A DNA stretch of 64,000 nt from Octopus sinensis (Eukaryota): positions 98,766,001 to 98,830,000 of the forward strand of contig NC_043001.1 of assembly GCF_006345805.1 (NCBI RefSeq), given 5' to 3'. Every line of letters begins with the position of its first letter. Positions within the stretch are counted from its first letter, which is position 1. This document shows, piece by piece, positions 40,935 to 52,374 of the stretch. Below the pieces are notes generated by a model. The model was not told the origin of the DNA, searched no databases, and saw nothing but the letters and a program-made list of their open reading frames with translations. Both the position numbers and the translations under genes were made by a program.

Positions 40935-43426
40935 ATAAGTAGGAAGGTAGACAATCCACAAATATCCTCAGGAAGATGGCCCTGCTCGATCTGTAGAAAA
41001 GGTGTAGGTAGAAACTCTATAAGATGTACCCAGTGTAAGCTATGGACACATAAGAGGTGCAGCAATGTCAAAGGTAGGCTAACTGGGAGATAGTTTTTGT
41101 ATGTGGCAGATGCTCGGGAGCATTGACCTCCGAAAATCTGCAGAAAACAACTTCCGTCACTTTCCAGGGGGAAAAACTAGAAGTAGTTGATAGCTTCCGT
41201 TATCTAGGTGACCAAGTCAGTAGTGGGGGTGGGTGCGCTGAAAGTGTAACTGCTAGAATAAGAATAGCCTGGGCAAAGTTTAGGGAGCTCCTACTTCTGC
41301 TGGTAAAAGGCAGACTGTATGATGTAAAAGGCAGACTGTATGATGCATGTGTACAAACAGCCATGCTACATGGCAGTGAAACATGGGCCGTGACTGCTGA
41401 GGACATGCGTAAGCTCGTGAGGAATGATGCCAGTATGCTCCGATGGATGTGTAATGTCAGTGTACTTACTCGACAGAGCGTTAGTACCTTGAGAGAAAAG
41501 TTGAACCTAAGAAGCGTCAGTTGTGGTGTGCAAGAGAGACAGCTGCACTGGTATGGTCATGTGACGAGAATGGCTGAAGATAGTTGTGTGCAAAAGTGCT
41601 ACACCCTAGCAGTTGAGGGAACCTGTGGAAGAGGTAGACCCAGGAAAACCTGGGACGAGGTGGTGAAGCACGACCTTCGAACTTTAGGTCTCACTAAGGA
41701 AATGACTAGAGACCGAGACCTATGGAAGTATGCTGTGCGTGAGAAGACCCGGCAAGACTAGTCAGGCCATAACCCGTGGCCCCTATCTGGGACGTAGTCA
41801 GTCCACCTGTGCATACCTTCCTTCTTGTGACACTTGTGAAGACCTGTTGAGGCAACTGAAAATCAAAATCAAAATCAAAATCAAATCAAATCAAAGCAAA
41901 TCAAAATAGATGAACATCAATGGAATTTGTATCTTTGTGGTACCAGTGCCGGTGGCACACAAGAAAACCATCCGAACGTGGCCGTAGCCCGTACTGCATC
42001 GACTGGCCTCTGTGCTGTGGGCACATAAACACCATCTGATCGTGGCCGTTCGCCAGCCTCATCTGGCACCTGTGTCGGTGGCACATAAAAACACCATCCG
42101 AAGACCCGGCAAGACTAGTCAGGCCATAACTCGTGGCCCCTACCTGGGACGTAGTCAGTCCACCTGTGCATACCATCCTTCTTGTGACACTTGTGAAGAC
42201 CTGTTGAAGCAAGTGAAAATCAAATCAAATCAAATCAAATCAAAACAAATCAAAATAGATGAACATCAATGGAATTTGTATCTTTGTGATACCAGTGCCG
42301 GTGGCACACAAGAATCCATCCGAACGTGGCCGTAGCCAGTACCGCATCGACTGGCCTCCGTGCTGTGGGCACATAACAAACACCATCCGATCGTGGCCGT
42401 TCGCCAGCCTCATCTGGCACCTGTGTCGGCGGCACATAAAAACACCATCCGAAGACCCGGCAAGACTAGTCAGGCCATAACCCGTGGCCCCTACCTGGGA
42501 TGTAGTCAGTCCACCTGTGCATACCTTCCTTCCTTCTTGTGACACTTGTGAAGACCTGTGAAGACCTGTTGAGGCAAGTGAAAATCAAATCAAATCAAAT
42601 CAAAACAAATCAAAATAGATGAACATCAATGGAATTTGTATCTTTGTGGTACCAGTGCCGGTGGCACACAAGAAAACCATCCGAACGTGGCCGTAGCCAG
42701 TACCGCATCGACTGGCCTCCGTGCTGTGGGCACGTAACAAACCCATCCGATCGTGGCCGTTCGCCAGCCTCATCTGGCACCTGTGTCGGTGGCACATAAA
42801 AACACCATCCGAAGACCCGGCAAGACTAGTCAGGCCATAACCCGTGGCCCCTATCTGGGACGTAGTCAGTCCACCTGTGCATACCTTCCTTCTTGTGACA
42901 CTTGTGAAGACCTGTTGAGGCAAGTGAAAATCAAAACAAATCAAAATAGATGAACATCAATGGAATTTGTATCTTTGTGGTACCAGTGCCGGTGGTACAC
43001 AAGAAAACCATCCGAACGTGGCCGTAGCCAGTACCGCATCGACTGGCCTCCGTGCTGTGGGCACGTAACAAACACCATCCGATCGTGGCCGTTCGCCAGC
43101 CTCATCTGGCACCTGTGTCGGTGGCACATAAAAACACCATCCGAGCGTGGCCGTCTGCCAGCCTCGTCTGGCACCTGTGTCGGTGGCACATAAAAACACC
43201 ATCCGAGCGTGGCCGTTCGCCAGCCTCGTCTGGCACCTGTGTCGGTGGCACATAAAATCACCCACTACACTCTCGGAGTGGTTGGCGTTAGGAAGGGCAT
43301 CCAGCTGTAGAAACACTGCCAGATCTGACTGGCCTGGTGCAGCCTTCGGGCTCCCCAGACCCCAGTTGAACCGTCCAACCCATGCTAGCAAGGAAAACGG
43401 ACGCTAAATGATGATGATGATGATGA

Positions 43427-43430
<4 letters not shown>
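40935..43430 (+). mobile_element. 5'-truncated RTE-clade LINE with PHD finger and quadruplicated 3' UTR
   Basis: 212-aa C-terminal RT/thumb ORF (EKLEVVDSFRYLG, LHGSETW, WYGHV, GRGRPRKTW) preceded by a C4HC3 motif, ending in (GAT)n. Confidence 0.92.
41743..43145 (+). repeat. Four tandem ~351-360 bp copies of the RTE stop codon/3' UTR
   Basis: Units start GAAGACCCGGCAAGACTAGTCAGGCC at 41743, 42100, 42451 and 42811, each with an internal variable (ATCAA)n. Confidence 0.95.
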
Positions 43431-43467
<37 letters not shown>

Positions 43468-43563
43468 TTTATATATATATGTGTGTGTGTGTATACATAT
43501 ATTTACATATATATATATATCATCATCATCATCATCATCATCATCGTTTAGCGTCCGTTTTCC

Positions 43564-43681
43564 ATGCTAGCATGGGTTGGACGGTTCTACTGGGGTCTGT
43601 GAAGCCAGAAGGCTTCATCAGGCCCAGTCAAGCCTTCTGGCTTCACAGACCCCAGTAGAACCGTCCAACCCATGCTAGCAT
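43564..43681. repeat. Perfect inverted repeat, 52-bp arms, 14-nt spacer, from an RTE 3' tail
   Basis: 43564-43615 is the reverse complement of 43630-43681. Confidence 0.92.
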
Positions 43682-43721
43682 ATATATATATATGTATATA
43701 TATATGTATGTAGATCCATAC

Positions 43722-43753
<32 letters not shown>

Positions 43754-44003
43754 ACATATATATATATATATAATTGAAAAATAGAATAAAATCTTTATAA
43801 GAATTTATCAAGTAGTTAGCATGAAAAACCTCATAAGGGAAAAATGTATTAATATTTCCTTTTAAATATATCTATTTATATTGAAGGCATTACTATACAT
43901 AAATGCCTCATGCTAGGAGGGACTCTTAAAGTCAAAACTACCATAAATATTTATTATTACATACTTCCAGGTTTGTGTTTGGGCTTCTGTCATGTATGAA
44001 AAG

Positions 44004-44357
44004 ATAACTGAAAAAATTTGGAGTCAACAAGGAGGAGTACAGTTGGACATTTATTTTCTAACACTATAATTGTTTCTATCCAACGTAGTTCTCCAAGCAT
44101 GCAGGTACTTGATTAGTGGATATTACTAAGTTCAGGCCACAACAGACAGAGAGGATGCTCTTGAAGCTAGGAATTTGAACTTACGGAGACAATGCTTGCA
44201 TATCATATGAGGAAACACAACTAGATCTCATAATGCAGGGAAACAGTTGCATAATCAAGTACCTGCATGCCTGAAGATCTACGTTGTGTAGAAACAATTG
44301 TTGTGATTGAAAATAAATGTCCAAACATACTCCTTGTTGACTCCATTTTTTCAATTA
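44004..44357. repeat. Diverged ~110-bp inverted repeat with hammerhead-like motif
   Basis: 44004-44115 vs 44252-44357. Right arm has CTGAAGA (44271)...TAC-loop-GTA-GAAA-CAATTG-TT. Confidence 0.7.
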
Positions 44358-44442
44358 TATATATATATATATATACACACACAAACATACACACAGACAC
44401 ACACACACACACACACATACACACACACACACACACACACAT

Positions 44443-45512
44443 ACAGGGTGAAGAAACAAAATTTGCACAATTGCTGTAATATTTGAAACACTCTCATTAC
44501 TCATCAATAAGTTTAGTAATTTAAAAATAGGTTAAGATTCGCATATAATTACAAAATTAATGACTTGTTCTATGTGGCTTCCATTGTTTGCAATTATGGC
44601 CTCTACTTGGCCCTGGAATCCTACCCAACTCTTTACCATAAAGTCACTGATGTTAGAGTGGGAGGTTTTGTTGGCGGCATACTCCAAAATGCCCAACACA
44701 ACATAGTCCAGAGGGTTGAGATCAGGGCTGGAAGAGGGCCAGAAAGCAGCAAAATTGGATTTACAGAAATTCTGTACCTTCCTGGCAGTTTCCTTTCAGG
44801 TAGTTGACCTGTTCTCATGGCTTGTAGAAGTAGGTGGGCATCTTTCTTCTATAGGAGGCCACAATTCCAAAGACCAAGACCTGGGCTGGATGATTTGTTC
44901 TGAAAGTACCACTGATGTCAGCTGTTGACTCTGTAATGAACTGGTAATTTCTACAGTTCACAGCATCCACTGTGAAGATCTCATCAAAGAAACTTTTCAG
45001 TGGACCCATTCTTCTTGAGGTATGTGAGAACCGTTTTTCACTTCTCCAGTCTCCTGGCAGGTGTGTCTCAGGACATCCAAGTCATCATTTGCAGCTGATT
45101 GTCTTGGGGTCCACTTCAAGTTCAGAAACCAGCTTCCTCATGGATGTGATTGGGCCCATAGAAATTTTGGACTTGAGGGTGTTGATGAAGCTTTAATTCC
45201 ACTCATTGCTGGCCCCACCACTGCTGGAATTCCTCTGAATGCCATTGCCCATGTCCTTTCTCTTCTTGGCGTTATAAACTGTGCATCAGGATATTCCGAT
45301 TATGCTTGAGATCCTCTTTGGATCGACTTGTGCATAGACTAAATCACATACTCTTTGGCATTTGTCTTCCTGTACAGTCATAATCTCCAATATTCCATTA
45401 AAAAAAGACTTTATTATCAGCTGGTAATGTATTCTTTGTTCTGCATTAGGTTTCATATTATTTGGTGTAGTCATTGCTGTGAAGTATTAGTGTAACTTTT
45501 AATGCAAGTTTT
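44443..45512 (-). mobile_element. Decayed Tc1/maT-like DNA transposon
   Basis: TA-CAGGGTG terminus. Fragments FFDEIFTVD, HPAQVLVFGIVAS, SSPDLNPLDY. Confidence 0.7.
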
Positions 45513-45589
45513 GATACATACATATACAAACACACACACATATATGCATATATATGTATGCGTGCATGTATATATATATATATGTATGA

Positions 45590-45722
45590 ATACATATATA
45601 TGTATACATATATATACGTATACATATATATGTATACATATATATACGTATACATATATATGTATACATATATATACGTATACATATATATGTATACATA
45701 TATATACGTATACATATATATG
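45590..45722. repeat. 30-bp minisatellite derived from TA/CA microsatellite
   Basis: TACATATATATGTATACATATATATACGTA repeated about 4.4 times. Confidence 0.9.
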
Positions 45723-45774
45723 TATGCATGTGTGTGTGTTTGTATGTATATATCTATCTATCTATCTATCTATC

Positions 45775-45808
<34 letters not shown>

Positions 45809-45897
45809 CCAAACAAGAAAACACAAAAAAACACAGCAACGCGAGGACGTGGAACAAATAAAGTATTATTGGACGCTCAGGAAAGAAGGGAAGGAGT

Positions 45898-45932
45898 GTT
45901 TAACGTTTCGAGCGGAGCTCTTTGTCAGAAAC
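45898..45932 (-). ncRNA. Minimal hammerhead-like motif with G8>A core mutation, within a ~210-bp insert (45802-46012)
   Basis: Minus strand GTTT-CTGACAA-A-GAGC-TCC-GCTC-GAAACGTT-AAAC: stem I GTTT/AAAC, stem II GAGC/GCTC, palindromic AACGTT. Confidence 0.65.
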
Positions 45933-46068
45933 AAAGGAGAAGGAAAGATCCCAAGAAGGGAAGACAGAGGAAAAAAAATTGCTGGCGGTGCTCACGAGGT
46001 CACATGTTGAAAGAACGACACACACACACACACACATATATATGTATGTAAGTATGTATGTATGCATG

Positions 46069-46106
<38 letters not shown>

Positions 46107-46199
46107 TTTCTTCCTTTAAAAATTACAACAAAGCTACTGTTATTTACTTGGCCGAAAAGGTGTGGCATCATAAGAAAGGCATTGCCATAATCAAATACC

Positions 46200-46945
46200 G
46201 GACATGGCTGTACTCTTTGTTATGCAGAATTGCACAGGGGCTTTTTTACTCCAGACACAGATGTCTTGTGTCTGCAGGCATCACTTCAATTAAACTAATG
46301 ATTCTGAAAAATCAAATGAGATGGTCTGGCCATATTGTTTGAATGGCAGATGAACACACACCCATACAGTTGTTTTATGGTGAGCTTGCTGAGGGGAAAT
46401 GCAATTAGTATAGACCTAAAAAGTGAATTAAGGATGGCATAAGGATTACCATGCAGTCTCTTGGAATGGATCCAAAGGCCATAGAAACCCTTGCTTCATA
46501 TCAAGCTGGATAACAAACAAAAGTGTGGAATGGAGTGAAAGCTTTTGAGGAGCCCAGGATGACACATGGAAGACTCAAGAGAGATTTAAAAAAGAATGTT
46601 GTGATCAAGAAGGTGAACCTCAGTGACCTTTTTGTGTGGACAGTTTGTGACAGACCATGCCTTTCTTTTGCTGGGCTCAAATCTCATTTGTGGACCCATG
46701 GGAAATGAACCTCCACTAACTACTCTACCTGTATATATGTGCATGCCTTTCAATGCCATGTATGCCATAAGGTCTGCAAATCTAACAGAGGCTTCAAAAG
46801 ACATTTTAAGATCTACAAAGATCAGAACTTAACTGCAGCTCTTGGTGGTTCAAAATAGATATGCAACCTATGTGGGTGCCTTTTCGATACAATGTCTGGT
46901 TTAAAAATCCACGTCAGATGCCATGATGAATCTAAAGTGTAAATA
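46200..46945 (+). mobile_element. Decayed RTE/BovB-like LINE C-terminus with three C2H2 zinc-finger remnants
   Basis: RWSGHIV*M...P.QLFYGEL..G, followed by VCDRPCLSFAGLKSHLWTH, CHVCHKVCKSNRGFKRHFKIY and CNLCGCLFDTMSGLKIHVRCH. Confidence 0.65.
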
Positions 46946-47080
46946 GAAGAGGTGGTAGACTCATGTGTGTGTATATATATATATAAGTTCAGCAAAATTT
47001 AGATTCAGATGAATATGGTACTTGAGTTAAAGGCACCAGAATTTTGTATGGTATTATCCATATAAATCAAATGGGGTGAT

Positions 47081-47222
47081 TATAATCAAAATAAGCAACA
47101 AGGATATCCAAGGTAGTGTAGTACAATTGTTTCATGCTATTTCATGAAGTAGCTAAAATGAAGTAGCATGAAACAATTGTACTACAATACCTTGGATATC
47201 CTTGTTGCTTATTTTGATTATA
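47081..47222. repeat. Inverted repeat, 65-bp arms (2 mismatches), 12-nt spacer, with hammerhead remnant
   Basis: 47081-47145 vs 47158-47222. 47149-47185 reads GTAG-CTAAA-ATG-AAGTAG-CAT-GAAA-CAATTG-TA-CTAC. Confidence 0.85.
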
Positions 47223-47239
47223 TATATATATATATATAT

Positions 47240-47645
47240 CATCATCATCATCGTCATCATTGTTCGACCGTGGTCGAGACAATGGAATTTACTATGTTAC
47301 GCCAGACTTCATGGTTCATCATAGCATTACGGAGGTCCTGTTGCTGGATGCCTATATCCCTGGAGATTACATCAGGGCAGGAGAGTGTGCACCCTCTGGT
47401 ATCATGAGCAGATGGCTTCCAGAGGAGAAGAGTAGAAATTACCTCGTTTTCAGCTCTGCAACAATGTCCAGCAAACTGGACTCTTCTATCTTTCACAAGA
47501 GATGATACAGGTGGTAGTTTCCCATATATTTGTACTTTGGTTGGATGATGCTTCCACGAGAGATTTTGAGCTCTCATAAGAAGGCAAGTGTAAGTTCCAT
47601 CCAACCACCTCTCAAGCTTCTTTGATAACGTCCAGGTTTCTGAGC
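47240..47645 (-). mobile_element. RTE-like LINE 3' end with (GAT)n tail
   Basis: GSETWTL...LDGTYT.LL...NLSWK.H...RRVQFAGHC.R followed by GATGAT. Confidence 0.8.
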
Positions 47646-50410
47646 CAAAATGCATGGTGGTACACTTGTCCACAGCCAGTTTCAATTGCCAGTCTGTGAT
47701 CCATTGTTGCATTGTGTCCAGGTCTGATTGCAGGAAAGAGCTGTAGACAACAGGATCTGTTCTCTTGATTTCAAGGTGCAGCTTGATGTCGTCTGCATAT
47801 TTCAATACTGCAGCATTCTTTAAATTGGCATCTATGTCATTAATGTATGCCACAAACAAGAGGGGACCAAGAACAGATCCCTGTGGTACACCCGATGACA
47901 TCTCATATGGTGTAGAATGCTGTCCTAGAACTGTGACTACTTCCTTTCGGCTGAGAATGAAGGATTTCAACCAGTTAAAAAGATCATCCCTCACATCCAT
48001 TGCAGAGAGTTTCACCATAAGCCTTTTGTGTGGCACAGAGTTAAAAGCCTTAGCAAAGTCAAGGTAGACAACATCCACCCATGAGCCACTGTCAGTGATC
48101 TGAGTATTGTCCTCAAGGAACTCGACAAGCTGATCACTGCAGCTGGAGTTAGGGACAAATCCATATTGTGAGGGTCGGATGAGACTGTGAGAGCTCTAGA
48201 AGTTCCAGAGTGTTTCTCTGACACACGATTCCATCAGTTTTGCAATACAGCCAGTGAGACTGACTGGGCGATAGTTGACAGGTGATGTGCGGTCACCCTT
48301 TTTGAACAGAGGAATGACACTGGCAGTTTTCCACTGCTCCGGAGTAGCACCATTGTTGAGACAGTACTGGAAAAAAATAGAAAGCTGGTGTAAAAGGAAG
48401 TACCTGCCACGTTTGAGAAGCAGGTATGTAACACCATCAAGACCAGGAGAGGCATAGTTGCGCTTATTTTGAAGGTGACGTCGCCGCATTGCAGGTGTAA
48501 ATTCCATAGTTGTTACGGAATTTGCTGTTAGAGATGGTGAAGATGGTACATTTTGATTTTCAACAGTGAATACGTTTGCATAGCACTCGGCAATGAGTTC
48601 TGCGCATTCCTTGGGATTGTCAGTGATCTGGCTTGTGTGAGGGTTGCAAAGAGGGCCCACTGCTTCGAATGCACATATTTCCAGAAAACCTTGCTTTCAG
48701 GATTGGCTGCTATGCACTGTTCAAATTCAAGCACTGCTTTTTTTGTCACTTGCTTGAGATGGTTGGAAGATTTATTCTACTTTTTCCTGTTGGTGTCTGA
48801 TTTATGCAACTTGTACTCCTGTTCAGCAGTCCGACGTTCCTTCCTGGCAAGTCGGACCGCTGAAGTTTCCCAAATTGCACTTTTGGGGCGGTTCTTATTT
48901 TTCTGTTTACGTGGCACTGATGCTGCACATGCTGCCCATATTGAGTCCAGGATACCCTGGAGTATAGTATTCACATCTCCAGAGTTGTAGAATTCACGCC
49001 AGTTTGGGTGCTGTAATTCAGTGTGGTACAGGTTCCAATCTGCTCTCTTCCAGTCGAAGGAAGCAGATTGGAGATGGTTCAGGTTTTTGTTGTTGCCCGC
49101 AAGAGCCAGATTGGCGATGATCATAGCATGATCAGAGTCACCAAGAGGTTCCTCCGCTTCAGGAGTTGTGGTGAAGAGCAGGTCCAAGGTGTTGTCACCT
49201 CTTGTTGGAGAGGTGACTACTTGTGACCAGTTTGAATCCAGTACAAGCTCAATGAAATCGTTTGCACTCTGTGGCCAATGGAAGGTTTCCCAATTGATCT
49301 CAGGATGATTGAAGTCGCCTGCAATAAAAACATAAGCGGCTGTTTTCCTGGCAGCAGCTCGGAGGATATCGCAAAGCTGTGTGTCTTGATGGTAATTTGG
49401 GTGACGATAAACAACGCCAAGCAGGAGTGTTGACATGGTCATACGTATGTCACAGAAAAAAACTTCTTCTTGTGATTCGTTCAAATCAGCACAAGGAATT
49501 ACCGAAAAATTTGAACGAACGTAGACCATCACACCACCACCACGGCGGTTAATGTGGTCCTTGTGGAAAAGGTTGTACCCAGTAATGTTGAAAACCCCAT
49601 CACAGAGTAAGGAATGTGCCCATGTTTCCGTGACTGTGATGAAGTCAGGGTCAATACTTCTGACATAGGAGTTGAACAGATGTATCTTGTTGCATAAACT
49701 GCGAGCATTTAAGGACAACAATTTGTACCCTGCTTGCAATTTATGATGGTGTGTAGAGGATGGCAGGCTGTTCTGGTTTAGTTTCCCAGAGTTGCTGTAG
49801 TTTTTTTTCCATTTTCAGTTATTGTGGGTAGAGAGCACTCAGACCAGCTGGTATCTCTCTTCCACGTTTCACCAGTCTTAACAAATCTCCAGATTTGTCC
49901 ATCCTCACGAAGACGGAAACTTTCTTGCAGAGCTGGGTTCCAGTTCAGGGAAGCCGCTACACGTAGCTTCGGACGTACATCAGGTGGTAAGCCTGGGTGT
50001 GTTCAGAAGGTAGTTGGATTTTCACGCCCAGCTTTAACTGAGGCCAGATGGTATGAGGTTGCCTCAGCATGGTCTGAAAAAGACAGCTTGATGAGCCTGG
50101 GTTTTGGGCCAGGTCGTCCAAGGTGGAGAGCACCCGTTGGGGGAATGCAGCCTAGGCCTTTGGCTGAGTTGGCAGCAAATGCCTGAAGATCAGCCATGTC
50201 TTCTGGTACCCCAATGGCAATAACTTTGTGGGTAGCAGAATCTGCAGTCTTAGATGCGGCAAGAGGTACAGGGAGGTTCTTTAGCAGAGCATTCCGATAA
50301 GACCCCTCATTGTGGGGTCCTACTTGAATGCTTGCTTTTATTCCTGCTACTTCCCCTCTTAAAGCACAAATCGATTGTTGCAGTTCTGCAAGAACCGCAC
50401 TGGTCAATTG
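47646..50410 (-). mobile_element. CR1/L2-like LINE (ORF1 remnant, APE endonuclease, RT), 3'-truncated
   Basis: LNARSL.NK, VTETW, GGGV, AGDFN, TRGDNTLDL, SDH (APE). PGLDG, IPLFKKGDR, NYRPVSL, YLDFAKAF, GVPQGSVLGP, YADD (RT). Upstream coiled-coil ORF1. Confidence 0.92.
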
Positions 50411-52374
50411 GTGTTGTTGGTGTTGTTGTTGTTGCTGCTGCTGCTCTAGTTGTGGTTGATTTTGTTGTTGCTGCTGTTGTTGTTGATGTTGTTGATGTTA
50501 TATATATATATACATACGCACATATACATACATACTTACATGCATACATACATACATACATACAAACAAACATACATACATACATACGTATGCATGCACG
50601 CACAAACACACACACACACAGTGAAGCCTGGTGCAGTCTTCTTCCCACCCAGTCCCTATCAAACTGTCCAACCCTTGCCAGCATGAAAAACAGACATTAA
50701 ATGATGATAATAATAATAATGACGATGATGAAGATTTTAAAGATGCCATTAAACTTAGTGACATCACTTGTAAAACTTGGTACTTGCAAAACAGGCTCAC
50801 ATACTAGCAGATAGCATTTGCCAAACATGACTTTTGACCTTACCAAAACTTTATTGAAGACTGCTGCCAATGTTGTTCTAAAAAAAAAAAATTAACTTTG
50901 TTACAGTGTTCAGTACATCAAAGGAGTGATATGTTTAATAAATTCCAGTGTTACTTCGTTATTTACTTAATTCCTCTTGATTAAAGTGTTCCAATTGATT
51001 ATTGCAGAACTAATAGAATATTAGCTTTAATTAATGGAGATCAAGCTAATTACTATTCAGGGAAAATAACTTAAGGAAAAATTATGCAGAGAAAAGCAAA
51101 GGTCTCTGTGAAATTTCAGAGGAGATAGAGAGGAAAAGAAGGAAAGAAAAGAAAAAAGAAAAGAATCAATATATAGAAATAACCAATAGATACTTAAATA
51201 GAAACAAAATATGATAGATCTAACAGAGAAAGTGGACAATATGTTAATTAATCCATAGCTGGGGCCTCAACAGATGCCAGTCCAGATCAGAGTAGGAAAG
51301 GGAGCAATAGTGGCTAAAATGTGGTTCCACACTTCTCAAAAAATTCAGGAACTCCTAAACCAGGGCTCCATTACTGGATGCATACCCAGGAGAAATACAC
51401 ACATATAAATACGTCTGCTTTCAAATTTGGTTTTTTATACCTTTTGAAAGAAAAAGAATACCAGCTTTAACAGTCAGGAGCAGATTTATCATTTGGCTCA
51501 TTCCTTTTTCCCCTACCTACTTAAGAGCTAGCTGAGAACTTAGACTAATGTAGAAATAGAGGGTATGTTGTGACATATAATAATGATATAGATTAGGGAA
51601 AATACCTTAGGGCAGCACACAGCACACTAAATACACATATGATAAGGTCTCATATATGTAAAATAGTGAGATGTAAAACTGTGGTTGACTATTGTTCTTG
51701 TTTTAGACTTTTAAACCCTGGTAGAGGAAATTTTTGTCTACATATTACTTGGGTAATCTCAACCTGCCTCACTGATCCTGTTGATGCCCATTGCCATCTC
51801 AATTGTGTCATATCAGACTCCTTGCAGCCACTTGATGTTGTGACGAAATAAGATGCAGACACTGGAGCAGAATGAGAAATGTTCAAAAACAAGATTGCGA
51901 AAATGATTGTATCATGACACTAAAGTGACAGCTTGAGGGGAAAAGAGCAGTAGGGCACCTAAAAAATACACGATGAAGGACAATTGACAAGGAAAGAAGA
52001 TGAAAAGGGTGGAGAAGGTGAAATGAGACCAGAACAGTGGCAGAAAACAGAGCTGGTGGGAGAGATCATGCTACAGCCTTATGTGACTAATAGCATGGAG
52101 AGAACTAACTAACTAACTCACCTCATCCTTTCTTCTATAAATGTATGATTTTGTCTTTCAGTTTTCTGAAGTCAATAAAAATAACTACTCTTTAAATAAT
52201 GGGGGTGGGGGACAGTTAAACTGATTGAATCTTGCTACAAAATAATGTAGTCTTGTGTTGTCAAATTTAGAAATCATTAAGGTAGGAAAGTAGAAGAAAA
52301 TGTACTAACTTAGAGTATCAGGCTATACATCTTTGTACTAATGTAGAATATCAGACTATAGATCTTTGTACCAG

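Noticed and set aside
41835-41865. CTGTTGAG...GAAA in the 360-bp repeats as a retrozyme hammerhead
   Set aside because: A6 is absent and there is no credible stem II or III; the units are explained as LINE 3' UTR.
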